From the NCBI GenBank assembly GCA_900551615.1, contig URWN01000005.1:1987-65986 (forward strand): a stretch of DNA of 64,000 nt, read 5' to 3'. The position numbers and the translations under genes were made by a program. The stretch comes from an uncultured Clostridium sp. Its GTDB lineage: Bacteria > Bacillota > Clostridia > TANB77 > CAG-508. A model generated the notes under the pieces. That model did not search any database. It was not told the DNA's origin and was given only the letters and a program-made list of their open reading frames with translations. This document shows positions 10,256 to 20,741 of the stretch, piece by piece; position 1 is the first letter of the stretch, and every line of letters starts with the position of its first letter.

Positions 10256-10951
10256 CTATATTTTTTCTATTAATTCACTAACACTTTTTACAATTTTTCC
10301 ACTACAAATTTCCATCAATTCTGGTACAGATTCTTCCATACAATATCCATTATAATTTTTTATCATTTCTATATCACTATAGCCATCACCAACCGTATAG
10401 ATTCTATCCGGAGTAATTTTTTCTATCTGTGCTATTTTACTTATAGCATGTGATTTAGTTGTTTTATTTGATATTATTTCAACAGCATTTCCTGATACAA
10501 AATAACTATTCACAAATTTAGCATATTTCTCATTTATTAAAGAATTAATTTGTTTTGCTTCATCTTCTTCGTATTTAGCATGAATTTTTGTTAAATCTTT
10601 ATCATTAAAATTAGTTCTGCTATTTTCTAAATTACAGCAAAAATATTTTATTGTTTTTTCGATTTCTAAATCTTTTTCAATATTATTTATTATATTATTA
10701 TCTATTGTATAATTTAAAATAACATTATTATTTTTATCTAATATTGTTGCTCCATGATTAATTATTAAATAATCCCATTTCAATTTATATTGTTCTGCTT
10801 TTTTCATAAAATCCATATAAGAACGTCCAGTTGCAAATATAAATATATTTCCTTTATCTCTAAATTTTTTTACGCTTGTTTTATTTTTTTCAATATCTTC
10901 ATCATTTAAATAAAATGTTTGATCATAATCGCTAACTAATATTTTTTTCAT
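10256..10951 (-). CDS. HAD-superfamily hydrolase, Cof-like (subfamily IIB)
   Basis: The N-terminal HAD nucleophile motif (DxD) is expected within SDYDQTFYL, followed by the ATGRS motif II and the C-terminal GDGYSDIEM motif. Confidence 0.75.
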   Translation of the reverse strand: MKKILVSDYDQTFYLNDEDIEKNKTSVKKFRDKGNIFIFATGRSYMDFMKKAEQYKLKWDYLIINHGATILDKNNNVILNYTIDNNIINNIEKDLEIEKTIKYFCCNLENSRTNFNDKDLTKIHAKYEEDEAKQINSLINEKYAKFVNSYFVSGNAVEIISNKTTKSHAISKIAQIEKITPDRIYTVGDGYSDIEMIKNYNGYCMEESVPELMEICSGKIVKSVSELIEKI

Positions 10952-12132
10952 TTTTCTAATACCTTTCCTGTTTTATCTATTGCAAAATTTTTGTTAAATA
11001 TAATATTAACCGTCAAAAATTGATACAACGAAGATGTCACTTGTCCAATTCCAGTACAATATGGTGTTTTTAGTAATGATATAAATATCCTTAATATTCC
11101 TGCAGTAATTTTGTTTGTTGTTATTTCTTTAGCAAATTTTGTTAATTGCAAGTAACAAGTTTTTATTTTATATACTGGATATATGCTAAAATTAATTAAC
11201 TCAAAACTTAGATATATTAATGTTATTCCTAAATCTAATTCATAAAATCTATATGAAATTAATAACATAATAAATATTGTAGCCAATAAAACACCTTCTA
11301 ATTTATAAGCATTATTTCTGTGTTCTTTATAATTAAATTCATTTTTACTTATATCTATTTTTGCAACAGTTGAAATTGATTCAAATGAATCCCATTGTGT
11401 ATCTGTTATTAATGCTACAAAATTTAGTGCAACAGTATATTTTTCTCCAAATTCCAATGCATTGCTTAATCCAAATAAGAAAATTAAAAAAAACAATATA
11501 TTGTTTACAATTTCTACTGATTCATATTTTATATATTTTATTATATGTAACTTGAATTTAAATTTTTTGTACTGTTTTATTGTGACTATTAATGTGTAAA
11601 TAGCTATTGATATTAATGTAATTGCAACAATAATTGTTTTGTTTTTCGTAAATATAGCAGTTAGTATTAATACAATAAAATTTAATAAATTTAATTGTAT
11701 ACAATATTTATTTGCTTTTTTCTCTTCTCCAGCAAAATATAATTTTTCTAATACAAAAGAAAAAACTAGCTGAATGTATAATTGTAATATAGAATATACA
11801 GCAAATTCTTTGTATGTTTCAAAATCCATATTCATAAATTCCACATATTTTTTTACATTTATTGCAAATAATCCAAATATTATTAGCCCTACTATTATTC
11901 CAGCTGTCATTCCAGATAAAACTGCATTTTCATCTTTATCCTTTTCTTTACTTATATTGGGTCCTGTTGCAAATATTGATTTTAATAATGCCCATATAAA
12001 TTGCAATGGATATGTTAATGTAAATACATTTACTAAATTTTTATCTACTAATAGTCCTAGACAAAACCAAGATAATATTGGTATAAACGAAAATATTGCT
12101 GAATTACTTGCTATTCGTAATAATCGTTTCAT
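10948..12132 (-). CDS. polytopic membrane protein (MOP/flippase-like)
   Basis: 394 aa with about 10-12 TM helices. ATGA overlap with the HAD gene. Confidence 0.45.
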   Translation of the reverse strand: MKRLLRIASNSAIFSFIPILSWFCLGLLVDKNLVNVFTLTYPLQFIWALLKSIFATGPNISKEKDKDENAVLSGMTAGIIVGLIIFGLFAINVKKYVEFMNMDFETYKEFAVYSILQLYIQLVFSFVLEKLYFAGEEKKANKYCIQLNLLNFIVLILTAIFTKNKTIIVAITLISIAIYTLIVTIKQYKKFKFKLHIIKYIKYESVEIVNNILFFLIFLFGLSNALEFGEKYTVALNFVALITDTQWDSFESISTVAKIDISKNEFNYKEHRNNAYKLEGVLLATIFIMLLISYRFYELDLGITLIYLSFELINFSIYPVYKIKTCYLQLTKFAKEITTNKITAGILRIFISLLKTPYCTGIGQVTSSLYQFLTVNIIFNKNFAIDKTGKVLEK

Positions 12133-12710
12133 TTGTTTTCTCCTATTTTTCCGTTTTTATATTGGTACTCTCTAATTTCACAATTTTTTATTTTTGCACT
12201 AACAACAATTCCTTCTTCACTTATTCCGTTAAAATATGCATTAATTGCTCTACAAGTTCCGCCATGTGTAACTAGCAAAATATTTTTATCTTTATATTTT
12301 TCTTGTATTTCATCTAATAAATTCCATACTCTTTTACATACATTTTGTATAGGTTCTACTTTCAGCTTATTCCAATTTAAATTATAGTTATTTATTATAT
12401 CTATATCTTCATTTACTATACTAGGCCATTCCTCTTTTGTTGTTCCTTCTATATTTCCACAATTTCTTTCTATTATTCTTTCATCACTTATAATTTTACA
12501 ATCTATTGCTTCATTTATTATTTCCGCAGTTTTTCTTGCTCTTTTTAATGGTGAACATATTATCAAATCTATTTTATGGTCTTTTAATTGTGTTTTTGCT
12601 TTCTTAGCCTGTTCAATTCCTGTACTATTTAATTCTATATCTGTTCTTCCTTGGCATTTTCCTGCCACATTCCAATCTGTTTGTCCATGTCTTATTACAT
12701 ATAATTTCAT
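12129..12710 (-). CDS. histidine phosphatase family protein (phosphoglycerate mutase-like)
   Basis: N-terminal RHGQTDWN catalytic motif and a conserved distal HGG motif (LVTHGGT). Confidence 0.8.
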   Translation of the reverse strand: MKLYVIRHGQTDWNVAGKCQGRTDIELNSTGIEQAKKAKTQLKDHKIDLIICSPLKRARKTAEIINEAIDCKIISDERIIERNCGNIEGTTKEEWPSIVNEDIDIINNYNLNWNKLKVEPIQNVCKRVWNLLDEIQEKYKDKNILLVTHGGTCRAINAYFNGISEEGIVVSAKIKNCEIREYQYKNGKIGENK

Positions 12711-13555
12711 TCTTTTAACTCCCCATATCCTTCATATATTGTTCCATTATTTATCAAAAATTCTTTTATACTTTTTTGTAATCTAGTTGTTTCTGGTAAT
12801 TGATGATAATTATCACATTTTTTTAAATTAAATACAAAATTCAATACATCGTTTATTCCATTTTTAGAACTCTGTATTTCAAAAAGTTCTTGAAATTTTT
12901 TTATATTAGACTTCTCATCTAACATTGTTGATATTTCTTTACTTAATAACCATGATTCACAAATATATTTCGGATTTTCTATATTATAATATTTTTTTAA
13001 TAATTCTTTTGAATTTAGTAATGAATCTTTTACTTTTTCTATATCAAGTTTTTTTCCTGCTGGTATATGTATTTTAACATTATTGTTAGTAGTTGGTTCA
13101 AACTGCAATCTTCCACATTCTATTAATCTTGCATTTATAAAATATGTTCCCCATAACATTTGTGAAATTCGGATTCCTTCATAATGTTTAATTAGAATGT
13201 CATTTAATAAACATTCTTTTACTCTTTGTTTTTGAATTTCTATTTGTTCATTATCAAAATTATATTTGCTAATATTCTTCTTATGATACTCAAATCCCAA
13301 CAATAGCAACACACTTGTTATAAATGGATTTACGTTTTCTCCAAATAATATATTTATATTTTTTTCTTCCCATAGTTCTCTAAACTTTTCTGTTTTATCA
13401 ATATATAAGATTTCATATATTTCATTTGTTTTATCATATATTTTTTTATTATTATTAGTTTCATCTATACATCTATTACATTTTTCATAGTAATCTATAT
13501 CTTTTATAGAATAGTACTCCAATGCTTCTTTTATTTTTTCTTTACTTAACAACAT
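12707..13555 (-). CDS. hypothetical protein, possibly acyltransferase-like (DUF5596/GNAT-like C-terminal architecture)
   Basis: 282-aa uninterrupted ORF overlapping its neighbours by 4 nt. Only weak resemblance to acyltransferase accessory domains. Confidence 0.35.
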   Translation of the reverse strand: MLLSKEKIKEALEYYSIKDIDYYEKCNRCIDETNNNKKIYDKTNEIYEILYIDKTEKFRELWEEKNINILFGENVNPFITSVLLLLGFEYHKKNISKYNFDNEQIEIQKQRVKECLLNDILIKHYEGIRISQMLWGTYFINARLIECGRLQFEPTTNNNVKIHIPAGKKLDIEKVKDSLLNSKELLKKYYNIENPKYICESWLLSKEISTMLDEKSNIKKFQELFEIQSSKNGINDVLNFVFNLKKCDNYHQLPETTRLQKSIKEFLINNGTIYEGYGELKE

Positions 13556-13563
13556 TTTTTCTC

Positions 13564-14055
13564 CTATTTTAAATAATATTCCATCATTAATGGATCACTC
13601 TCAAATCCATAGCTTTTATAGATAGAAATCGCTTCTGGATTATCACTACAAAGTTTCAAAATTTCTAAATTCTGTTTTTTTGCAAATTTTATACATTCGC
13701 CTATTAATTTTGTCTGAATACCTTTTTTTCTATATTCACATAATGTAAATACATCACAAATATATCCTTCTTTTCCACTGATTGCACACTGAGGCATATA
13801 ATTTATGATTTGTAAGCCACATGTAGCTATAATATGATTTTCTTGTTCTTCTACAAAAAAAATTATATCTTCATTTAAATGTCTAATTAGAAATTTTTTT
13901 GTTACTTCATAAAGTCTTTTATCTTCTCCTTCTGGATAATCTTCCTTCCAGTCTTCTCTTTGTTGTAAAACTCGTAATTTTGAAAGTTCTTCTATATCCC
14001 TTTTCTCAGCAATTCTCATATTTCCTCCATATCTATTTTCTTTATCTTTTATCAA
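13564..14055 (-). CDS. GNAT family N-acetyltransferase
   Basis: 163 aa with the acetyl-CoA-binding motif EYRKKGIQTKLIGECIKFAKKQN (R/Q-x-x-G-x-G/A type). Confidence 0.7.
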   Translation of the reverse strand: MIKDKENRYGGNMRIAEKRDIEELSKLRVLQQREDWKEDYPEGEDKRLYEVTKKFLIRHLNEDIIFFVEEQENHIIATCGLQIINYMPQCAISGKEGYICDVFTLCEYRKKGIQTKLIGECIKFAKKQNLEILKLCSDNPEAISIYKSYGFESDPLMMEYYLK

Positions 14056-14059
14056 ATAA

Positions 14060-15349
14060 CTAACTATCCATAATACTTATTTGTTTATTTTGTTTTTCTA
14101 TATTTAGGTATTTATGTTTTGATAAATGTTTTTGTGCTATACAATAAACTGCATATGCAATCCATACACCTTTAATTCCTAACACAGTATATGACAAAAT
14201 CGTTGCAACTACAATTTTTATTAATGATGTAATAAAATTTCTTTGTGCTAAAAATTTAAATTCTCTAGTTCCTCTAAGTATTGCACAATAAAACATACCA
14301 CTTATTTCTTCATATTGTCCTATTATTAATAATGGCAATACAGAATAAAAAATTACCCATAATTCATTTTCTTTAAATGATATATCTGCAATTATAATAG
14401 CAATAATTACTGTACAAACTGGAACTATAACGGAAAATATGTTTATTAATTTTCTTCCTACACTTTTAGCATTTTTCATTTTTTCTTGGTCTTTTCTTCC
14501 AGATTCTATTCCAATACTTATTGAAATGCCATCACCAAGTCCCTGTATAAATGCTTGTGATACATCTCTTATTTGTATTACAATTACATGTACTGCATAT
14601 TCAGTAGGTCCAATTCTTGATACTAAAATATTAAATATAAATTTATCTATTCTTGATGCTAATCTTTCCATACAATTCCATTTAAATAATTTCAATATTT
14701 TTTTAGATATTTCTTTATCAAATTTATATTTTATAGTAGAGTTCGATTTTAATATTAAATAAATACAAAGCCCTGTATCAATGCTTATTGTAACCCATGC
14801 TACTCCAGCTACTCCACCTCCTAATTTTACAACTATTACGTCTAAAATCAAATTACAGATTACCGCTATAATTTTTAATGTCATTATCATTCCTTGTTTT
14901 CCTATTGTCCTTTGGTGTCCTGTAAGGACTGTAACCATAGCATTTGGAATAAATCCTATTAATCTTATTAACATATATGTAGTACAAATTTTATCAACAT
15001 TAAAAAGTCCTGGTAATAGTGGATTTATAAAATATACAACTATAATTGTTATAATTGATATTACTAATGTTATTAATATTGAATTTCCTGTTATTTTTTT
15101 AGCTTTTTCTGTGTTGTTTTCTCCTATTGTTTTTGAAAGTAATGCTGTATTAGAAATATTTAAAGCCATTATACTCATTTGCATTATATCTATTATTACT
15201 CCCGCTGCTCCTATTGCACCTACAGCATTCGTTCCCAGTCTAGTTACAACAATTGTATCTACTAATGTCATTAATGTATTTATAAAATATTCTAAAGCTA
15301 TTGGTATAGATATTTTTAGTTGCTTTTTTACTGTTAATTCTTCATTCAT
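14060..15349 (-). CDS. MATE family efflux transporter
   Basis: 429 aa with 12 TM helices. Typical MATE N-terminus IPIALEYFINTLMTLVDTIVV and a two-lobe repeat. Confidence 0.8.
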   Translation of the reverse strand: MNEELTVKKQLKISIPIALEYFINTLMTLVDTIVVTRLGTNAVGAIGAAGVIIDIMQMSIMALNISNTALLSKTIGENNTEKAKKITGNSILITLVISIITIIVVYFINPLLPGLFNVDKICTTYMLIRLIGFIPNAMVTVLTGHQRTIGKQGMIMTLKIIAVICNLILDVIVVKLGGGVAGVAWVTISIDTGLCIYLILKSNSTIKYKFDKEISKKILKLFKWNCMERLASRIDKFIFNILVSRIGPTEYAVHVIVIQIRDVSQAFIQGLGDGISISIGIESGRKDQEKMKNAKSVGRKLINIFSVIVPVCTVIIAIIIADISFKENELWVIFYSVLPLLIIGQYEEISGMFYCAILRGTREFKFLAQRNFITSLIKIVVATILSYTVLGIKGVWIAYAVYCIAQKHLSKHKYLNIEKQNKQISIMDS

Positions 15350-15384
15350 TTTTCTTTATCCTATATTATTTTTTATTATATATT

Positions 15385-16002
15385 TTACAAATTATCTTTT
15401 ATACTAGGAAATAAATCATAAACATTAAATCCTAATTGTTCATCAATATATTGCTTTAATTTATAAGTTTCTTTTATATGATATTGTGTATTTTCATGTG
15501 CACCCTTTCTAATTATTAAATCTATCAACCTCTTATCAACAGTCATAATAATATCAGTACACATCAAATCACATAAATTTATTATTTTTTCATATATTGT
15601 ATATTCATGATTTTTAATAAATTCTGTTCTAAATGGTATATCTCTTGGAATTCCACCTGCTGTACAATAAACATCATTGTTTAAATATGAATGTGTTAGA
15701 CAAATATTTGCATATTCATCATCATATCCTAATTCTTTAAGATAGTTGTATCCTTGCATTACATGGTCTTTTCCATCTCCTACAGATCTTCCTATATCGT
15801 GTATATACCCTAATATTTTTGCATAATCTACATCTAAGTTTAACTTTTCTGCTATTTTTCCTGCTGAATCTCCCACACAAATTGAGTGGTTTATCCAGTG
15901 ATCATCTGATGCTTTTTTTCTTGCTTCTTCTAACATTTCTCTTGCTTTTTCCACTGTTAATTTCATATTTTTACACTCCTCCCTTTTCTTTAATCTTCTC
16001 AT
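15385..16002 (-). CDS. HD-domain phosphohydrolase
   Basis: H...HD motif (HSICVGDSAG ... GYIHDIGR) and downstream conserved His/Asp residues. Confidence 0.75.
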   Translation of the reverse strand: MRRLKKREECKNMKLTVEKAREMLEEARKKASDDHWINHSICVGDSAGKIAEKLNLDVDYAKILGYIHDIGRSVGDGKDHVMQGYNYLKELGYDDEYANICLTHSYLNNDVYCTAGGIPRDIPFRTEFIKNHEYTIYEKIINLCDLMCTDIIMTVDKRLIDLIIRKGAHENTQYHIKETYKLKQYIDEQLGFNVYDLFPSIKDNL

Positions 16003-16729
16003 CTATTGTACAAATTTGTTAAACAAATCCTTATAAATTTTATCAGCATCTAAATAATTAACAAATGTAACTTTATGTCTATTTTCTGATAATTCATATG
16101 ATGTATCCTCTTTTATAATTGGGCAACTGACTTCTTCTGTTTCAAAGCAAGTTTTATTTATCATATATGCAATAACACTTATGTCCCAAATAACTCTTCT
16201 TTCTTGTATTCCATGATATGTATCATTATAAAATCTTTGGCATAAATAATCGCATACTTCATTTTTTCCTTTTAAAAAATGTTCTAATTCATATATTGAA
16301 GTTTTTAAATTAGATGCCACATTTTTGCAAGGAATCACTGTTAATTTAACTTTTGATTCATATAATTCTCTAACTGCTTGTACATCTTGTCTAAAATTAA
16401 ACTCTCTATTATTTTTCATTTTTGTTAGCAATCTCTATAATTTTATTTACTGCATCACTATTTTTGTTATATCCATTACATATATAATCTAAAGAACCTT
16501 TAAATACTTTATTTTTTGTTTCAAAATTTAACCAATTGCATATTTTTAATATTTCGTTATAACTCTTTTCTGTTGTTTCCTCTATTGTTTCTTTTCTATC
16601 ACTATGCGAATAAGGTGCTACTGTAATTGCTTCAATATTGAATTTATCTTGATTTTTTAATAAATATGCAAGAGCAAATTGGTCATCACATTCATTATAT
16701 GTATCTGTATCTAATATTATATTGTCCAT
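16003..16729 (-). pseudogene. inosine-uridine nucleoside hydrolase paralog, decayed tandem duplicate (about 35-aa deletion plus frameshift)
   Basis: Fragments 16409-16729 (DTDTYNECDD aspartate cluster) and 16003-16431 match the C-terminal domain of the adjacent 478-aa protein at roughly 85-90% nucleotide identity. The segment TYILAIGPITNIALAIKK...IIWTGGHSF is missing and the reading frame changes. Confidence 0.65.
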
Positions 16730-16805
16730 ATTATTTTCTCCTTTATTTTATTTTATTTCAAACCATTATGATAATTTTACAATTATGTCTCAGACTTTTT
16801 TCTCT

Positions 16806-18242
16806 TTAAATTATATTATTTTGCTCTGTTAATTTTTTAAATAAATCTTTATATATTTTATTCGGATCTAAATCATTAACAAATGTAATTTTATGCCTAT
16901 TTTCCGTTAATTCATATGATGTATCTTCTTTTATAATTGGGCAACTGACTTCTTCTGTTTCAAACCAAGATTTATTTATCATATATGCAATAACATCTAT
17001 ATCCCAAATAACTCTTCTTTCTTTTATTTCATGATATGTATCATTTACAAACCTTTGACACAAATAATCACATAATTCACTTTTTCCTTTTAAGAAATGT
17101 TCTAATTCATATTTAGAAATCATTAGATTTGAAGCAACATTTTTACCTGGAATTACTGTCAATTTTACTTTTGATTCAAATACTTCTCTGATAGCTTGTA
17201 CATCATGTCTAAAATTACATTCTATGTTATTTTTATTTAAGAAGCTATGTCCACCTGTCCAAATTATTTCTATCTTTTCTATAATGTCTGGTGATTTTTT
17301 TATTGCTAGTGCAATATTTGTAATCGGTCCAATTGCTAATATATATGTTTTTTTATTTGTATTTGCAATTTCAACAATTTTATTAACTGCATCATTATTT
17401 TCATTATATCTATTACAAATATAATCTATTGAACCCTTAAACACTTTATTTTTAGTTTCAAAATTTAGCCAATTACATATTCTAAGTATTTCATTATAAC
17501 TTTTATCCGTTGCCTCTGCTATAGTTTCTTCAATCTCATCGTGTGAATGCGGTGCTATTGTTATCGCATCAATATTAAATTTATCTTGGTTTTTTAATAA
17601 ATATGCAAGTGCAAAATGATCGTCACATTCAGTATCCATGTCTGTATCTAATATTACATTAACTTTTTCTTTTTTATAGTTTGTAATAAATTCATAAATT
17701 TCTTTCCAATTATAAACTCTTGTAATTTCTTTTTCTTCTCTATTACAAGGTTTGTCCATTATAAGTGTAGTTATATTTTTTTTATAACATTCTCTACAAA
17801 TACTATTAGAATCATCTATCATTACATCAATACCATTTTCTATACATTTTTCTGCCTTTTCTTTTTTATATTTTGTAAAAATTAATTTATCATATGGTAT
17901 CTCTTTTTCTCTTAACCATTTCTTTGTCATATTATATGGGTCTGAGTATTCTCCATTATCCCTACCTGTAATAATTACAATAGTATGTCCATCTTCTTTT
18001 AATTTTTCAATATATTCTTTTGCACCTTCTTTTACTCCTAAGTTTTTAGCTATTCTTTCAACATTGTCTAGATAAAATGGCCATAATTCTTCTTCAGACC
18101 AATCAAACATTCCCTCAGTCATATGTTTATTTGGGTCAATGATTCCTGTATTTCTTAATTCTTTATCATGCTTTAAAAATTCTTCTTCCAATGCTTCATC
18201 AAATTTTGATATTACATTATCTATATCTATTCCTATGTTCAT
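16806..18242 (-). CDS. fusion protein: HAD 5'(3')-deoxyribonucleotidase-like domain plus inosine-uridine-preferring nucleoside hydrolase domain
   Basis: N-terminus MNIGIDIDNVIS (DxDxV HAD motif, YorS/NT5C-like). C-terminus has VILDTDMDTECDDHFALAY (DxDxxxDD nucleoside hydrolase aspartate cluster). Confidence 0.75.
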   Translation of the reverse strand: MNIGIDIDNVISKFDEALEEEFLKHDKELRNTGIIDPNKHMTEGMFDWSEEELWPFYLDNVERIAKNLGVKEGAKEYIEKLKEDGHTIVIITGRDNGEYSDPYNMTKKWLREKEIPYDKLIFTKYKKEKAEKCIENGIDVMIDDSNSICRECYKKNITTLIMDKPCNREEKEITRVYNWKEIYEFITNYKKEKVNVILDTDMDTECDDHFALAYLLKNQDKFNIDAITIAPHSHDEIEETIAEATDKSYNEILRICNWLNFETKNKVFKGSIDYICNRYNENNDAVNKIVEIANTNKKTYILAIGPITNIALAIKKSPDIIEKIEIIWTGGHSFLNKNNIECNFRHDVQAIREVFESKVKLTVIPGKNVASNLMISKYELEHFLKGKSELCDYLCQRFVNDTYHEIKERRVIWDIDVIAYMINKSWFETEEVSCPIIKEDTSYELTENRHKITFVNDLDPNKIYKDLFKKLTEQNNII

Positions 18243-18283
18243 TTTTTACCTCTTCCTTATTAATATATATTTTATTAAAATCT

Positions 18284-19510
18284 TTATTTAATCATATTTT
18301 TGTTTATATATACAATAAATACTATATACACTATTATTGCTATAAGAAAAGTAGTTGATATAATATTTTCATTTTCTTTAAATACTGTATAAGATAGTAT
18401 TGGAATTATTGCTGTAACAATTCCTTCTATAAATCTCTCAAATGTTACATATGAAGTTTGATAATTTTCTTTTGAACTCTCATATATAGCAACATTATCG
18501 TATATGTCATAAGCACTATTTGCGCACCCCATAAAAACATATATTATCGGTAATAAATATATTACATAGTTAGCTTTAAACACAAATAATAATATAAAAG
18601 AAATTATATATAATATGCCATTTGGAATAAGTACTCTTTTCCATTCTCTGCCATCTGCTTTTCTTGCCCAAAATTTACTAAATAATGCATCTGACAAATT
18701 TATTACTATATTTAAAATACTGTAATATACATAATTTATATGTATATACCTAAGTAAATACACATTTAAGTACATTGTTCCAATTCCTAATGCAAATCTA
18801 TTAATTCCTGCAGTAATTAGTACTTTTTTAAACGATTTATCTTTTGCAGGTCTTGATATAGATTCTTTAATTGTAATGGGCTTATCTTCTATCTCAGGTT
18901 TATACGTATTTATCCTTATCATAATATCAATAAATGCTATAATAAAGACTATCCCAAATAATATTAAGAATCCGTTTAATTCATATCCATTTGCTTTAAA
19001 CTTATCTAATATAACTCCCATAAATAAACTAAATGCCATAACAACTGTATTTTTTATCATATTTTTACTTGAAGCAAATTTTGTTCTGTCTTCTTTTTTT
19101 ACTAGTGTCATTCTCCAATTTACAAATGTTATATATCCCATTTCTCCTGTTACTGCATATATTGATGCAAATATGAAAAAGAATATTGTTCTAACAGTTA
19201 TATTATCTGATATAAATGGTATAAAAGCAAAACCAACTGACGCTAATCTGTATATAGTATAATTTGATAATACTACCAATTTTGATTGTCCTATTTTTGA
19301 AAAAAGTGGTGCTGCTAATATTTGTAGCACATTTGTTATTGTGTCTAATACCGCATATATTCCAATCGCTAAGTCTGATAGTCCTAAATATACTGCAAAT
19401 GCAGTTATCAGTGAACTACTTGCTATTTTGTTATTTGCGGTATCTAATATTGATGATGTAAGATATTTTTTATATTCTTTTTTATAATTCATTTTCTTGT
19501 TCCTTTTCAT
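18284..19510 (-). CDS. MFS transporter
   Basis: 408 aa with 12 TM helices in a 6+6 layout. Confidence 0.65.
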   Translation of the reverse strand: MKRNKKMNYKKEYKKYLTSSILDTANNKIASSSLITAFAVYLGLSDLAIGIYAVLDTITNVLQILAAPLFSKIGQSKLVVLSNYTIYRLASVGFAFIPFISDNITVRTIFFFIFASIYAVTGEMGYITFVNWRMTLVKKEDRTKFASSKNMIKNTVVMAFSLFMGVILDKFKANGYELNGFLILFGIVFIIAFIDIMIRINTYKPEIEDKPITIKESISRPAKDKSFKKVLITAGINRFALGIGTMYLNVYLLRYIHINYVYYSILNIVINLSDALFSKFWARKADGREWKRVLIPNGILYIISFILLFVFKANYVIYLLPIIYVFMGCANSAYDIYDNVAIYESSKENYQTSYVTFERFIEGIVTAIIPILSYTVFKENENIISTTFLIAIIVYIVFIVYINKNMIK

Positions 19511-20726
19511 TATTATTTATTATAATTTTATACAAATATATACTTACAAAAATTTCTATTATTGATAAAACCGTTAAAATACTTATTACTAATACCATTG
19601 GGTATTTTAACAGTATTGTCGTAAAACTCAAACTTATTATTGTTCTCACAATTTTTCTTGATAACTCCATAGTTGTTAATAATGTTTGTTGTCTATTTTT
19701 ATCAGTATTTTTTAAAGCCAAATCTTGCATATACACCTTAAAAGGATCTCTTATGAAAAGTATAATTACATATCCAAGCCCCATAATCACAAATTTCATT
19801 ACTGGCATATTAGATACATTATAACCAATAAGCATTAAAATCAATGATATTAATAATCCCACTGGAAGCATTATTCCTACTTTGTCTTCATATTTTTTAT
19901 GTATTTTGTCAAATTTTATATTTGATAATAATCTTACTATCCTTGACACACATAATATTGCACCAATTACTAGTGATGTTTTTTCAACATCATATAATTT
20001 TAATAATTCTTGTTGAATAAATAGTTTTCCATTAGATTGTCCAGAATTTACCATTGGATAACATAATCCATATGAAAGTAGTATGAATATTATAATTTTT
20101 GTGTATTTAATTTTTCCTTTACCTATTTCTTTATTTTTTTCTAATTTATTTTTATTATCTTTTGAATAGTCTACCATATACCAAGATAATATAAAACATA
20201 TTACACAAAATGTAATACAGCCTATCATTGGCAAATAGTTATTAATATTAAACATTATACTTGCTACAAACGATATAATCATTGTCACAGCTGCATATAT
20301 TGTATTTGCTTTTGTTCTATATTTTATATATTCGTTTTCCGTGTGTTGCAATTCTAAATTATTTTTTAACACTGCATTTATCATATTTTGAAATGTAAAT
20401 GCCATCTCGTAAAATATTTTTCCAATTACGATTGTTATGTAATTTTTACCAAATGTTAATAATATACTTGATATTAATAATAGAAATGACCCTAACCTAA
20501 CTGATTTTGTATTTCCTATTTTGTGTATTATTTTAAGTAATGGTACTTGCAATAAAATATTTATTATCATTGATATTGATGTTAGAGATACTATTTGTGA
20601 TGCTGTAAAGTTTTTTACTACTGTTAAAAATAATGAGTCTATTGCAACCCAAAATAATAAATCCCCTGATAGTCCATCATACCATGGAAATATCTTATTA
20701 AATCTCTTTAGTTTATTTTCTTCCAT
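19482..20726 (-). CDS. MFS transporter
   Basis: 414 aa with 12 TM helices and a central cytoplasmic loop (KDNKNKLEKNKEIGKGK). Confidence 0.65.
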   Translation of the reverse strand: MEENKLKRFNKIFPWYDGLSGDLLFWVAIDSLFLTVVKNFTASQIVSLTSISMIINILLQVPLLKIIHKIGNTKSVRLGSFLLLISSILLTFGKNYITIVIGKIFYEMAFTFQNMINAVLKNNLELQHTENEYIKYRTKANTIYAAVTMIISFVASIMFNINNYLPMIGCITFCVICFILSWYMVDYSKDNKNKLEKNKEIGKGKIKYTKIIIFILLSYGLCYPMVNSGQSNGKLFIQQELLKLYDVEKTSLVIGAILCVSRIVRLLSNIKFDKIHKKYEDKVGIMLPVGLLISLILMLIGYNVSNMPVMKFVIMGLGYVIILFIRDPFKVYMQDLALKNTDKNRQQTLLTTMELSRKIVRTIISLSFTTILLKYPMVLVISILTVLSIIEIFVSIYLYKIIINNNEKEQENEL

Positions 20727-20741
20727 TTGTTACTCCATCTT

